This document shows, piece by piece, positions 1 through 8,852 of a stretch of DNA of 34,459 nucleotides. A program made the translations under genes and the position numbers. The stretch is from Chitinophagaceae bacterium (GTDB lineage Bacteria; Bacteroidota; Bacteroidia; Chitinophagales; Chitinophagaceae): NCBI GenBank assembly GCA_947481355.1, contig CANKGM010000001.1, positions 1 to 34,459 on the forward strand. The letters run 5' to 3'. The notes under the pieces were generated by a model that was given only the letters and a program-made list of their open reading frames with translations, did no database searches and was not told where the DNA came from. How positions within the stretch are numbered: position 1 is the stretch's first letter; each line of letters starts with the position of its first letter.

Positions 1-3000
1 ACGTTTTCCTTTCGGCTTAGCCAATATATCAATTCCTGTATCAGCTAGATTATCAGGATTTACCAATACCATGTCAGCTGTATCTTCCTCTGTAAATAGT
101 GCTTTGAATACACGTTGGAAATTTTCTCTAACCTGATTAAAAGTGGTTAAGAATTTCTGATTGGCTGTTGCCTCAACTTCTTGTATAGTTTGAGCTAGAG
201 AATTTTTAGCTTCAACCAAATCATTCTTTTGCTCAAGGATGAAGTCGTATCGCTTCTTCATTTCTTGAAAAGCTTCAATAGCTGTTGGATTGACCTCGCC
301 AATATTTTCCAAACGCTTTTTCATTTTGTCGCAATCCATTTGCAATTGCTCAAGCGTATCTTCAGTCTGCCTTGGCTCATCTAAAATCTGATCGATATCA
401 ACTTTAAATTCAACATTCAATCGTTCTTTTATACCAGCCAATTGGAACCTTAGTTCATTAATCTTGTCCTTGATAAGTCCAAGCAATTGATCAATCTGTT
501 CCTTATCTTTTACTTGATGCCTAAGTTCACTCTCCTGCTCACTCAGGGTATTTCTAAGTAGATAGTATGCTTGATCGGCATCATTCAACAATCGTCCATC
601 GTCTTCCTTTCTACGGTAGAATGCTACTAACTCTTCGTCCGCTGTTTTAAGATGTGCAATAGTCTCCTGTATTGTTACAGTTGCTTCTGACAACTGAGTG
701 TTGCTGGTGTCAATTTGACTTTTCAGTTCATCAAGTTGATTTTTTTTGAAGATTGCTTCTTGATGAGCAGCAGCCAACTTACTCTGTTGCTTTGCAAGAG
801 ATATATTAGCCTCATTATATTGAGAATTAATACTATTGTAGGCCAATTCAGCAGCGGAATAATCTGTTTCCACTGTTTCAATACTAGCAGACAACGCTGA
901 AAGCTCTTGATTAAATTGATCTAGTGAAGCCTTAAATTCTTGCATCGACTCGCGGCCTTGCGCAAGTTGTTGTTCCAAATCACTTAGCCTATTCGAAGAA
1001 TTTGTTTCAGCACTATGCAATCCATCAATCTTGTTCTGAACACTAAAGGATTGATTTGATAATTGTTGAATTTTTTGCTGAGACTCGTTAATGAATTTTT
1101 CTTTCAACTGATTGTTGTACTCTAATACTTCATTATGCCTAGCCTGAATATCATTTTTTATCACTGATACAACACCATCTTGCGCGGTAATTTCTTCAGC
1201 TAATTTCTCTAGATTCTTAGCCCGACCAATTTTTTTACCTTCAAAAAGTCCAACGCTTCCTCCGGTTAAAGAATATTTACCCTTAACGTATTTACCATGA
1301 CGCTCAAGCACTATGCTTCCATTTGAATTTTCTAGTGCAGATTCGTCTTCAGCGATCAACACATTACCCAGTAAATATTTTACAAGATTCTCATGCTGAG
1401 CATCATATTCAACGATACTTGTCGCGGAAATCGTTCCTAGTGTAACGTGCGCATGAAGTTCTTTTGAACCAAATTCTGCGTTCAATTTATCCAATAGGAA
1501 GAAATTGGCTTTGCCCTTTTTATTTTCATCCAATAAATGAATGGCTTGCAATCCTTCTTGTAAATTATTAACTACATAATAATTGAGGTAAGGCTCTAGA
1601 ACATTTTCTACAGCAGTTCTGAATTCCTCTTTAACATAAATAATGTCTGAAAGAATTGGTGCTGTATGATTCCATCCTGTATTCTTATGCAAGAATTTAA
1701 CACTCTCAGGATATCCTTCCATTGAATCTACTAGGCTTTTCAACAATGCGTACTCATTCTTCTTGGAATCTAACTTACGGCTCTCTTCAGCAAGATGAGA
1801 GCGCAAGCCTTCAAGCTTAGATTGTGTATCTAATATTTGCAACTTAACTTCTTCGTGTTGCTTTTGAAGGGATAGCAAATTTTCTTTTTCACCATTCAGT
1901 GCAGATGTATTTTCATCACGTTGAATAGCTAAATCAGAAAGTTGTGCCTGCCTTACAACATGTTCTTCTTTAAGTTGAGCAATTGATTTATCCAAATTAG
2001 CTAGAGAAGTATCTCTGATGGCCACATTCTTTTCAGCTTCAAATTGGTTTCGTTGAACTTGTTGATTTTTTCTTCTCAATTCATCCACCAAAACTCTTTT
2101 TTCATCAAAGACTTGTCTGTTTTGATCTACCTGTGACTTTAGCACATCAATACGCTGTTGTAATTCATTCAGCTTAACTTCTTCCTCTGCAATTTGAATA
2201 TGTGTAAACCGAATACTTTCCTCCAATCCAGCTGACTGACCACCTGCTTTAGAAAGAAAATCATTTAATGATGTTTCTTTTTCTTTTAGGTATTTCAGTT
2301 GTTGGTCGGCTAAATTCTTTTCATTTTCCTTCGTACGAATTTGATTGATTAATTCGTTGAAGGCTTGTTGCAATTGTTGAAGACTTTTTTCTTCTTCAAT
2401 GAATTTGAGCTTTTGTTTTTCTAACTCTGCTTCAGCTTGAGAAATTTTAGTTTCAATTTCGATTTTACGATCAGAATCTTGTTGTTGCTGCTCAGTAAGC
2501 TCTTTGTATTGAACATTAAATCCTTCTAATGCAGCTTTTGCAAGCTCAATAGAAGATGTTTTAAACTCTTTTTTTATCTCGTAATATTTCTCTGCCTTCT
2601 TTGCTTGGCTTTCAAGCATTTTGAGTTGGTTGTGGATTTCAAACAACAAATCCTCAATCCTCGCCAAATCTTGCTCTGTAGCATCAAGCTTTAGCTTAGC
2701 TTCTTTTTTACGTGTTTTGTAAATGCTTATTCCAGCCGCTTGCTCAAGCATTTTACGACGACTATTTTCTTTATCCTTGATGATGTCATCCACCATTCCA
2801 AGTTCAATAATCGCATAACTGTCTGTACTAACTCCTGTATCAAGAAACAGATTATGAATATCTTTCAACCTACACTGAACATCATTCAATCGATATTCAC
2901 TCTCACCACTTTTATAAAACTTACGTGTAACCGTAACAGTGTTGAATTCAGTAGGTAATAGATTTTTTGTGTTGTCAAACGTTAGGCTCACTTCAGCCAA

Positions 3001-3228
3001 TCCACTTGGACCTCTGGTTTTTGACCCATTGAATACCAAACTCTCGAGGTTTTCACTCCTCAAATTGCTGATTTTATGCTCCCCGATTACCCATCGTATT
3101 GAATCGACAATATTGCTTTTTCCGCAACCATTTGGACCTATAATTCCTGTGATTCCTTCATCGAAATTGATCACTGTTTTATCTGCGAAACTCTTAAACC
3201 CCTTTATTTCTAAACTCTTTAATCTCAC
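1..3228 (-). CDS. smc: Chromosome segregation protein SMC (3' end runs off the window)
   Basis: Not in the ORF track; read manually. GTG start at 3228 gives MRLKSLEIKGFKSFADK, then Walker A GPNGCGKSN, long coiled coils and hinge-region GKANFFLL / LTGGSVG. The same frame reads ...IDILAKPKGKR at position 1, just before the expected LSGGE signature. Confidence 0.97.
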   Translation of the reverse strand, partial: MRLKSLEIKGFKSFADKTVINFDEGITGIIGPNGCGKSNIVDSIRWVIGEHKISNLRSENLESLVFNGSKTRGPSGLAEVSLTFDNTKNLLPTEFNTVTVTRKFYKSGESEYRLNDVQCRLKDIHNLFLDTGVSTDSYAIIELGMVDDIIKDKENSRRKMLEQAAGISIYKTRKKEAKLKLDATEQDLARIEDLLFEIHNQLKMLESQAKKAEKYYEIKKEFKTSSIELAKAALEGFNVQYKELTEQQQQDSDRKIEIETKISQAEAELEKQKLKFIEEEKSLQQLQQAFNELINQIRTKENEKNLADQQLKYLKEKETSLNDFLSKAGGQSAGLEESIRFTHIQIAEEEVKLNELQQRIDVLKSQVDQNRQVFDEKRVLVDELRRKNQQVQRNQFEAEKNVAIRDTSLANLDKSIAQLKEEHVVRQAQLSDLAIQRDENTSALNGEKENLLSLQKQHEEVKLQILDTQSKLEGLRSHLAEESRKLDSKKNEYALLKSLVDSMEGYPESVKFLHKNTGWNHTAPILSDIIYVKEEFRTAVENVLEPYLNYYVVNNLQEGLQAIHLLDENKKGKANFFLLDKLNAEFGSKELHAHVTLGTISATSIVEYDAQHENLVKYLLGNVLIAEDESALENSNGSIVLERHGKYVKGKYSLTGGSVGLFEGKKIGRAKNLEKLAEEITAQDGVVSVIKNDIQARHNEVLEYNNQLKEKFINESQQKIQQLSNQSFSVQNKIDGLHSAETNSSNRLSDLEQQLAQGRESMQEFKASLDQFNQELSALSASIETVETDYSAAELAYNSINSQYNEANISLAKQQSKLAAAHQEAIFKKNQLDELKSQIDTSNTQLSEATVTIQETIAHLKTADEELVAFYRRKEDDGRLLNDADQAYYLLRNTLSEQESELRHQVKDKEQIDQLLGLIKDKINELRFQLAGIKERLNVEFKVDIDQILDEPRQTEDTLEQLQMDCDKMKKRLENIGEVNPTAIEAFQEMKKRYDFILEQKNDLVEAKNSLAQTIQEVEATANQKFLTTFNQVRENFQRVFKALFTEEDTADMVLVNPDNLADTGIDILAKPKGKR

Positions 3229-3253
3229 TGCATTACAATTTTTGGTCTGTCGA

Positions 3254-3261
3254 CAAATATA
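3254..3261 (-). promoter_or_regulatory. Bacteroidota sigma-A -7 element (TATATTTG) of smc
   Basis: Exact TAnnTTTG match about 25 nt upstream of the smc GTG. The 11-mer GGGTATATTTG recurs at 16754-16764. Confidence 0.7.
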
Positions 3262-3290
3262 CCCTTTGGTTGGTTGGTTGAAACAACTAG

Positions 3291-3299
3291 TTATTCACA
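3291..3299 (+). promoter_or_regulatory. Putative DnaA box (TTATTCACA)
   Basis: Exact match to TTATNCACA in the smc upstream region; a second 7/9 match (TGTGGATGT) lies at 3348-3356. Confidence 0.45.
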
Positions 3300-3382
3300 C
3301 CATTATGAACAAAAAACAGGCAGTAATTGACATTTTTTAGGGCAAAATGTGGATGTTTTGCAGGATCTCTGAATAACTACTT

Positions 3383-4375
3383 CTAGGCCTTATCGACATC
3401 GTATTTCAGTCCCATCTCAACCCTGATTTTGTCTAAGGTTTCCATCAAGTCTAATGTATCAGTCAACGGATAGATTGGACTTTCTGTTAGTCCTTGAGCC
3501 AAGCACTCCTGAACATGACGAATTTCGTATTGGTAGCCAAATCCTGATTCTCTCCCCACAGGTACTTCAGTTCGGCTATCAACCTTATCAGGATAATAGT
3601 AGATGGTGGAGCTAGGTTCATAAAATCGGCTAGATAAGCGAATTCTACCTTCTGTACCGAATATATCCGCATCAGTCTCTAAGTTAGAAACTAATGTAGA
3701 AAACAAAGTGGCTGTGCTACCATTCTTGTATTTAAATATGATTGAGCATTGATTGTCTACCCCTGTATCGGCAGGATCCATAGTAGCCAAAATAGTGTCT
3801 GGTTTTCCCAATAAAGACTGAGCAAAAAATACTGTGTAAATGCCAATATCAAGCAAGGCACCTCCGCCCAATGCCGGATTATATAAACGATCTGGAATCG
3901 GTGGAGTGGGCTTAAATCCGAAATTTGCCATTACCCCTTTAATCTCCCCTATCTTACCTTGATCAATCATCTCCCTTACTTTAAGATAATGAGGGAGAAA
4001 ACGGCTCCAAAGAGCTTCCATTAAAAACACCTTATTTGCTCTTGCCAATTCAACCATTTCTAATGCTTGCCTCGAATTGATAGCAAAAGCCTTTTCACAT
4101 AGTACAGCTTTACCATGTTTCAGACAAAGCAATGTATGCTCATGGTGCATCGCATGCGGACTAGCTACATAAATGGCATCAACTTCGGGGTCTAAAACCA
4201 ACTCATCATAAGAACCATATGCTTTTTGCGCAGGATATTCTTTTGTGAATTCTAGGGCTGTTTGTTTATTTCGTGAAGCTACTGCATAGAGTTCCCCTCC
4301 TTCTACCAATTTCAAATCCGATGCAAACTTTTTCGCAATCCTACCGCACGCGAGAATACCCCATTTTGTTTTCAT
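3383..4375 (-). CDS. Gfo/Idh/MocA family oxidoreductase
   Basis: N-terminal WGILACGRIA Rossmann motif, DAIYVASPH, HGKAVLCEK and GGALLDIGIY family motifs. Confidence 0.93.
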   Translation of the reverse strand: MKTKWGILACGRIAKKFASDLKLVEGGELYAVASRNKQTALEFTKEYPAQKAYGSYDELVLDPEVDAIYVASPHAMHHEHTLLCLKHGKAVLCEKAFAINSRQALEMVELARANKVFLMEALWSRFLPHYLKVREMIDQGKIGEIKGVMANFGFKPTPPIPDRLYNPALGGGALLDIGIYTVFFAQSLLGKPDTILATMDPADTGVDNQCSIIFKYKNGSTATLFSTLVSNLETDADIFGTEGRIRLSSRFYEPSSTIYYYPDKVDSRTEVPVGRESGFGYQYEIRHVQECLAQGLTESPIYPLTDTLDLMETLDKIRVEMGLKYDVDKA

Positions 4376-4392
4376 ACCTTTTTTAATTGAAA

Positions 4393-4521
4393 TAGATGTT
4401 AGACATTAGATGTTAGACGTTAGTGGTTAGTGGTAGTTTAAATTTTGAAATAGTAGACAATACTATTCACTCAGAACTAACATCTAATTTCTAACGTCTA
4501 ATGTCTAACTTCTAATGTCTA
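4393..4521. repeat. Inverted array of 7-bp tandem repeats (TAG-rich heptamers) around a central hairpin
   Basis: Left arm 4393-4434: TAGATGT TAGACAT TAGATGT TAGACGT TAGTGGT TAGTGGT. Right arm 4480-4521 has six units in reverse-complement orientation: ACATCTA ATTTCTA ACGTCTA ATGTCTA ACTTCTA ATGTCTA. Central stem AATAGTA-gacaa-TACTATT at 4449-4467. Confidence 0.9.
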
Positions 4522-4522
4522 A

Positions 4523-6433
4523 CTAACTTTTTTTCTCGGCCCTTTTTTTCAAATCATCTATTCCTATAGTCATCATTCTGCCGATAGGCTTACCATTTCT
4601 ATAACTAATCAAGATAAGTTTTATGGCATCAATAGGAACTTCGATTGAGCTGCCATCATATTTTGCATAATGATTATCAGGATATGAGTTATCAAAACTA
4701 TAATGAATGTCAAGTCCAGAAAGTTCTGAATCAAAATCAATTAGCAACTTATTTTTTTCACCCTTCTTCACATTAACCAATGGATCATAAATACTAGGTG
4801 CATACTTTCTGTCTGCAAAATTGAAACGATCGAAATGATCTTCAACACGAGTTACGAATTCATTCCAATTTCTAGTCTTTTTAGGAGACCATGCAATTTC
4901 AGAAACAGCAAGACTTCTAGGCCAGATCATATATTGCAGATGCCGTGTATTAAAAATTTGTTCTGTCCACTCATTGGCTTGAGCACCTTTTATCACTTTT
5001 GGATCAACTCCTTCTGGAACTGGTTCAAATGAGTATGTTTTACTTAATCTCAATAATGCATATACAGGAGGCTCTATAGCAGGATCTGATTGCATGAAAT
5101 CTAAGTACACGTGACTATTAGGTGTCATAACCACTTCATGTCCTTTTTTAGCAGCATCGATTCCACCTTCCATTCCTCTCCAACTCATCACTGCTGCACC
5201 TTCAACCAAACCACCTTCAAGGATCTCATCCCATCCCATCATTTTCTTTCCTTTTGAGTTGATGATTTTATTCACGCGACCAACAAAATATGATTGAACT
5301 TCATGTTGATTTTTTAAATGCTCTCGTTGCATAAGCGCTTTAACTTGATCGCTTTTCTCCCAGAAATTTTTTGCACACTCATCGCCTCCCATATGGATAT
5401 ATTCAAAAGGAAAAAGGGTTGCGATTTCACCAAATACTTTATCTAAAAATTCATACACTTTTTCATTTGCAGGACAAAGCGTATTATCCACCAAAGCAGT
5501 GAAGCCTGTATCACTCCAATCCATGAATGGCTCGCCAGAGTTCACTTTATATTTACCAGGTGTAGAACTTAATTCAGGATACGCGGCTACTGCTGCAAGA
5601 CTATGTCCTGGAACGTCTACCTCAGGCATAATTTCTACGAATTTTTCTTTGGCATACTTAACAAGATCTTTAATATCTTCTTGCGTATAGAACCCACCAT
5701 AATTGCGGGGCTCATCATCTGCGGGCTGACTGAAATAATTAAATTGGCCAGTCTTCTTTACATTCCATGCACCGACTTCAGTCAACTTAGGCAAGCTTTT
5801 GATTTCAATTCTCCATCCTTGGTCATCCGTAAGATGCAGGTGAAGCATGTTGAATTTGTAGCGAACCATATCATCAATGAATTCTTTTACTTCTTGTTTA
5901 GTGAAGAAATGCCTCGACACGTCAAACATCAATCCTCTCCAACCAAAACGTGGTTTATCCATGATGCTTACAGCTGGTACTGTCCAAGCGATACCTTTGA
6001 TTACTTTTTTGCTTTCAATTTCGTTCGGCAGCAATTGCAATAAGGTTTGAACACCATAAAATAAACCAGCAGGCTTGTTGGCAGTTATTTTAACCCCAGT
6101 AGGTGAAGAAGCTAAACGATATCCCTCAGCACCAAGGTCTTTATCTTCAGTATTCAATATGCTCAATTGGATTGAGTTAGTCGTAGCAGCTGATCCAGCA
6201 TTTACTTTTAATTTGAAGCCGGCTGCCTTTTCAAAAGACGCATTCAATTCGTTCGCAACACTTAGACTTGCGTCATCTTTACCAATTGAAATTTGTGTTG
6301 AAGCGGTTACTTTAAATGACCCTATCCCTTGCTTTAGTTCTGTAGGCTCAGGGATGATAGCAATTTTAGTTGATTGCGCAACTGTGGCAAGCATCATGCA
6401 GGCTGCGCTAAAGGCAAGTATTATTTTTTTCAT
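4523..6433 (-). CDS. Beta-N-acetylhexosaminidase, glycoside hydrolase family 20, secreted
   Basis: PRFGWRGLMFDVSRHF, HLHLTDDQGWRIEI, PEVDVPGH and catalytic HMGGDE motifs. Start moved from 6493 to ATG 6433 (MKKIILAFSAACMMLATVAQ signal peptide). Confidence 0.95.
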   Translation of the reverse strand: MKKIILAFSAACMMLATVAQSTKIAIIPEPTELKQGIGSFKVTASTQISIGKDDASLSVANELNASFEKAAGFKLKVNAGSAATTNSIQLSILNTEDKDLGAEGYRLASSPTGVKITANKPAGLFYGVQTLLQLLPNEIESKKVIKGIAWTVPAVSIMDKPRFGWRGLMFDVSRHFFTKQEVKEFIDDMVRYKFNMLHLHLTDDQGWRIEIKSLPKLTEVGAWNVKKTGQFNYFSQPADDEPRNYGGFYTQEDIKDLVKYAKEKFVEIMPEVDVPGHSLAAVAAYPELSSTPGKYKVNSGEPFMDWSDTGFTALVDNTLCPANEKVYEFLDKVFGEIATLFPFEYIHMGGDECAKNFWEKSDQVKALMQREHLKNQHEVQSYFVGRVNKIINSKGKKMMGWDEILEGGLVEGAAVMSWRGMEGGIDAAKKGHEVVMTPNSHVYLDFMQSDPAIEPPVYALLRLSKTYSFEPVPEGVDPKVIKGAQANEWTEQIFNTRHLQYMIWPRSLAVSEIAWSPKKTRNWNEFVTRVEDHFDRFNFADRKYAPSIYDPLVNVKKGEKNKLLIDFDSELSGLDIHYSFDNSYPDNHYAKYDGSSIEVPIDAIKLILISYRNGKPIGRMMTIGIDDLKKRAEKKS

Positions 6434-6630
6434 TTCGTTAGATTGAAAAAGCAATTTAAGGTAAATAAACAAATAGTCAAGTGACAATGCCATTTAGCCA
6501 ATGCAATTTTTTACTGAAGGCTATTTTATCGAACTGTTGGGAAAAAATGAATGGCTATGCATGCCTCTCATCATAATTAACGTCTAATCAACAAATAATA
6601 TTCTTATTTTGTAATTCAGAAATCAACAAT

Positions 6631-7497
6631 ATGAAAAAATTAATCACCGTTTTCTGTGGAATGGTCATATCCGTTTCACTTTTAGTAGCTCAGCCAAAAT
6701 CAATTAACAATGCCATTGTTAAGGCAAAAACAGAAATGACCTTTCCTGAAAATGGTGGAATGGCAATTGCCGTAAGTCCAAGTGGCGGTGGCGATGGAGC
6801 GGCGATGACTATGCCTAGTGGTATGGAAACGACTTCAACTATATATTATACCCCTGATTTCATGAAAACGGAAAGTCAATCAGACTTTGGTAATAATGTG
6901 ACTATCATTGATAGGAAGAATAAAAAAACAACTACCCTTATTGAAGCCATGGGCAAGAAAATGGGATTTACTTCAACCGATGCAGAGAATGAAGCGATGA
7001 TGGCTCAAATGGATTCCATGAGACAATTGAAAAAAGATACTCTTCAAGCGATGGGTATTACATTTAAAGAGGATACCCCTGAATTGATTTACTCTGAAGA
7101 AACCAAAAAGATAGCTAGTTATATATGTAAAAAAGTTACTATTAAAAGTAAAGGCAGGAACGGCAAAATGGATGAAACTGCAATTTGGTACAACCCGGAT
7201 TTTAAAATTGCATCCGAATCAACTAAACCTGGCAGCAAAACTGGTTTTGGCGGAAGAGGTGGCATGATGTCGATGATGTCCATTCCAGGGATGGAATTAA
7301 TTGAAGGATTCCCAATGGAATACGAAATATCCAGAGATAATGGTTTCAAGATTCACATGACGGTCTTAAAAGTTCAGGTTGACGCTAGTATTGATGAAAA
7401 GATTTTTGAGATACCAAAAGGATATGACATCAAGCCGATGGGCAGTATGATGGGTGGAAAAGGATTCTCAATGAGAATAGAAACAAATGAGCATTAA
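6631..7497 (+). CDS. Secreted DUF4412/GLPGLI-like protein, Met-rich
   Basis: Signal peptide ending LLVA-Q. The motifs ETKKIASYICKK...WY, GFPMEY and FEIPKGY resemble DUF4412/GLPGLI-fold proteins. Confidence 0.65.
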   Translation: MKKLITVFCGMVISVSLLVAQPKSINNAIVKAKTEMTFPENGGMAIAVSPSGGGDGAAMTMPSGMETTSTIYYTPDFMKTESQSDFGNNVTIIDRKNKKTTTLIEAMGKKMGFTSTDAENEAMMAQMDSMRQLKKDTLQAMGITFKEDTPELIYSEETKKIASYICKKVTIKSKGRNGKMDETAIWYNPDFKIASESTKPGSKTGFGGRGGMMSMMSIPGMELIEGFPMEYEISRDNGFKIHMTVLKVQVDASIDEKIFEIPKGYDIKPMGSMMGGKGFSMRIETNEH

Positions 7498-7546
7498 TTC
7501 ATTTTAGATAATATAAAATAGGGAGGCAGGCATAAAGGCATAAATG

Positions 7547-7625
7547 AAAAGGGGCAAAGGCACATAGTAATTAAATGATTTTTTCTGTCGTTTTTACTAT
7601 GTCCCTTTGTGCCTTTGCCCCTTTT
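7547..7625. repeat. 18-bp perfect inverted repeat of GGCA(C/T)AAA-type units between convergent genes; probable bidirectional terminator or REP-like element
   Basis: AAAAGGGGCAAAGGCACA (7547-7564) pairs with TGTGCCTTTGCCCCTTTT (7608-7625). Alternative inner stem ACATAGTAA (7562-7570)/TTACTATGT (7594-7602). Two tandem GGCATAAA copies at 7529-7544. Confidence 0.8.
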
Positions 7626-8703
7626 TACATAGCGCCTCTGCTTTTTTAGTATCCCAATAATTAAACAACCAATAAACCACCCTACTATACGATTGCATGC
7701 CCTCTGGTTGGTTATTCAAATGAAGAAACTGCGTATAAAATCGAGTAGTAAACTCATCAATTGGTCCCTGATATTTCTGGATGTACGATTTGTAGATTTT
7801 CAAATCATATCTAGCTATAGAACCAAGTGAATCATATAATTTTTTTGAAGCTACACTGTCATATTTTTTGAGCGCGGCATTTGTATACAAGAACATTTCT
7901 AGGCTGGCAGAATACTTCAAGCTACTATCGGTGGAATGCACAGAAGCTAAGTAGCCAATAAAATTCGCATCACTTTCTTTTGCATAGCCAAGTTGGTGGG
8001 CTACTTCATGTGCACTAGTGAAAGGCAAAAGAAAAACTGGAAGCCGATCATTCACCTGAGCTTCTCCAGAAAAAGGATTATAGTATCCTCCATAGCCCAT
8101 ATAATTTCCTAACACACCAAAAAGTGAGGCCTTAAATGAAGGATTTGAATACGCTAAAAAAGAATACTGCTTAGCCATTGAATCATACGCTTGACTTATG
8201 ACACTAAGTTCTTTTTCCTTGTTGAATTGTTTAATACTTCGACCATCTGCATACGTATTGGTCTCACTAAGCAAATAAGAAGCTAATTGATGCAGTTCAT
8301 TTGACGATGGTGCTTTGTCACTCAACTTAAATTGTACACCTACATTTTCTCTATAGTAGTTAAACCCCCAGAGAACTTGAAAAATTAACCAAGTCCAAAC
8401 AATAAAAACAAGACCCTTTAACAACGCTCGTTTTAACTTGGGCCAAATGGGTTGTTCTGGGGACTTTTTTCTAAAAATTCGCAGAAACCGTAAAATTATG
8501 ATCAGAATGATAAAAACATAGGCGATATCGCCCATACTGAATGGCATCCAGCCCAAAACTGCCCTAAATACCTTAGATGTAAAAGAATAAAGCCCCTTTG
8601 TATACAATGATTCTACCCGTTCTGGTGAGTTCACGAACCAATTGGCACCAATAACCAATAATCCAAGTACAATAAAATTGGCATATTTTCGAATGGCCTT
8701 CAT
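7597..8703 (-). CDS. DUF3810 family membrane protein (putative zinc metallopeptidase)
   Basis: N-terminal TM segments, PFSMGDI, WGFNYYR, GYYNPFSGEAQVN, and HExxH (AHEVAHQLG...ESDANF). Confidence 0.85.
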   Translation of the reverse strand: MKAIRKYANFIVLGLLVIGANWFVNSPERVESLYTKGLYSFTSKVFRAVLGWMPFSMGDIAYVFIILIIILRFLRIFRKKSPEQPIWPKLKRALLKGLVFIVWTWLIFQVLWGFNYYRENVGVQFKLSDKAPSSNELHQLASYLLSETNTYADGRSIKQFNKEKELSVISQAYDSMAKQYSFLAYSNPSFKASLFGVLGNYMGYGGYYNPFSGEAQVNDRLPVFLLPFTSAHEVAHQLGYAKESDANFIGYLASVHSTDSSLKYSASLEMFLYTNAALKKYDSVASKKLYDSLGSIARYDLKIYKSYIQKYQGPIDEFTTRFYTQFLHLNNQPEGMQSYSRVVYWLFNYWDTKKAEALCKKGQRHKGT

Positions 8704-8798
8704 AGGTATAAAAATAACCTGTTTTGAGGCAGCTTCGTCAAAAAACAGATGAAGTTGAAGATTTCTTCTGCTTTATCAGCCCAATAGGCATCAGTTCT

Positions 8799-8830
8799 TT
8801 TGGTGAATTAACTTGAACAACTTACATTTG
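8799..8830 (+). promoter_or_regulatory. Sigma-A promoter of yceD-rpmF-plsX (-33 TTTG, -7 TACATTTG)
   Basis: TTTG at 8799-8802 and TAnnTTTG at 8823-8830 with a 20-nt spacer, 22 nt before the ATG at 8853. Confidence 0.75.
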
Positions 8831-8852
8831 CACTCCCTTAAAAGTACCAGTA

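Noticed and set aside
715-3340. Plus-strand ORFs 715-900, 2740-2958 and 2939-3340
   Set aside because: Antisense shadows of smc with no recognisable motifs.
3229-3382. smc upstream region as oriC
   Set aside because: Only about 150 bp, with one perfect DnaA box and no evident unwinding-element repeats.
4393-4521. Repeat array as a CRISPR
   Set aside because: The units are 7 bp, tandem and inverted, with no unique spacers and no cas genes.
8719-8748. CTGTTTT...AAAACAG inverted repeat upstream of DUF3810
   Set aside because: Only 7 bp, A/T-rich, with a poorly paired interior; compatible with chance.
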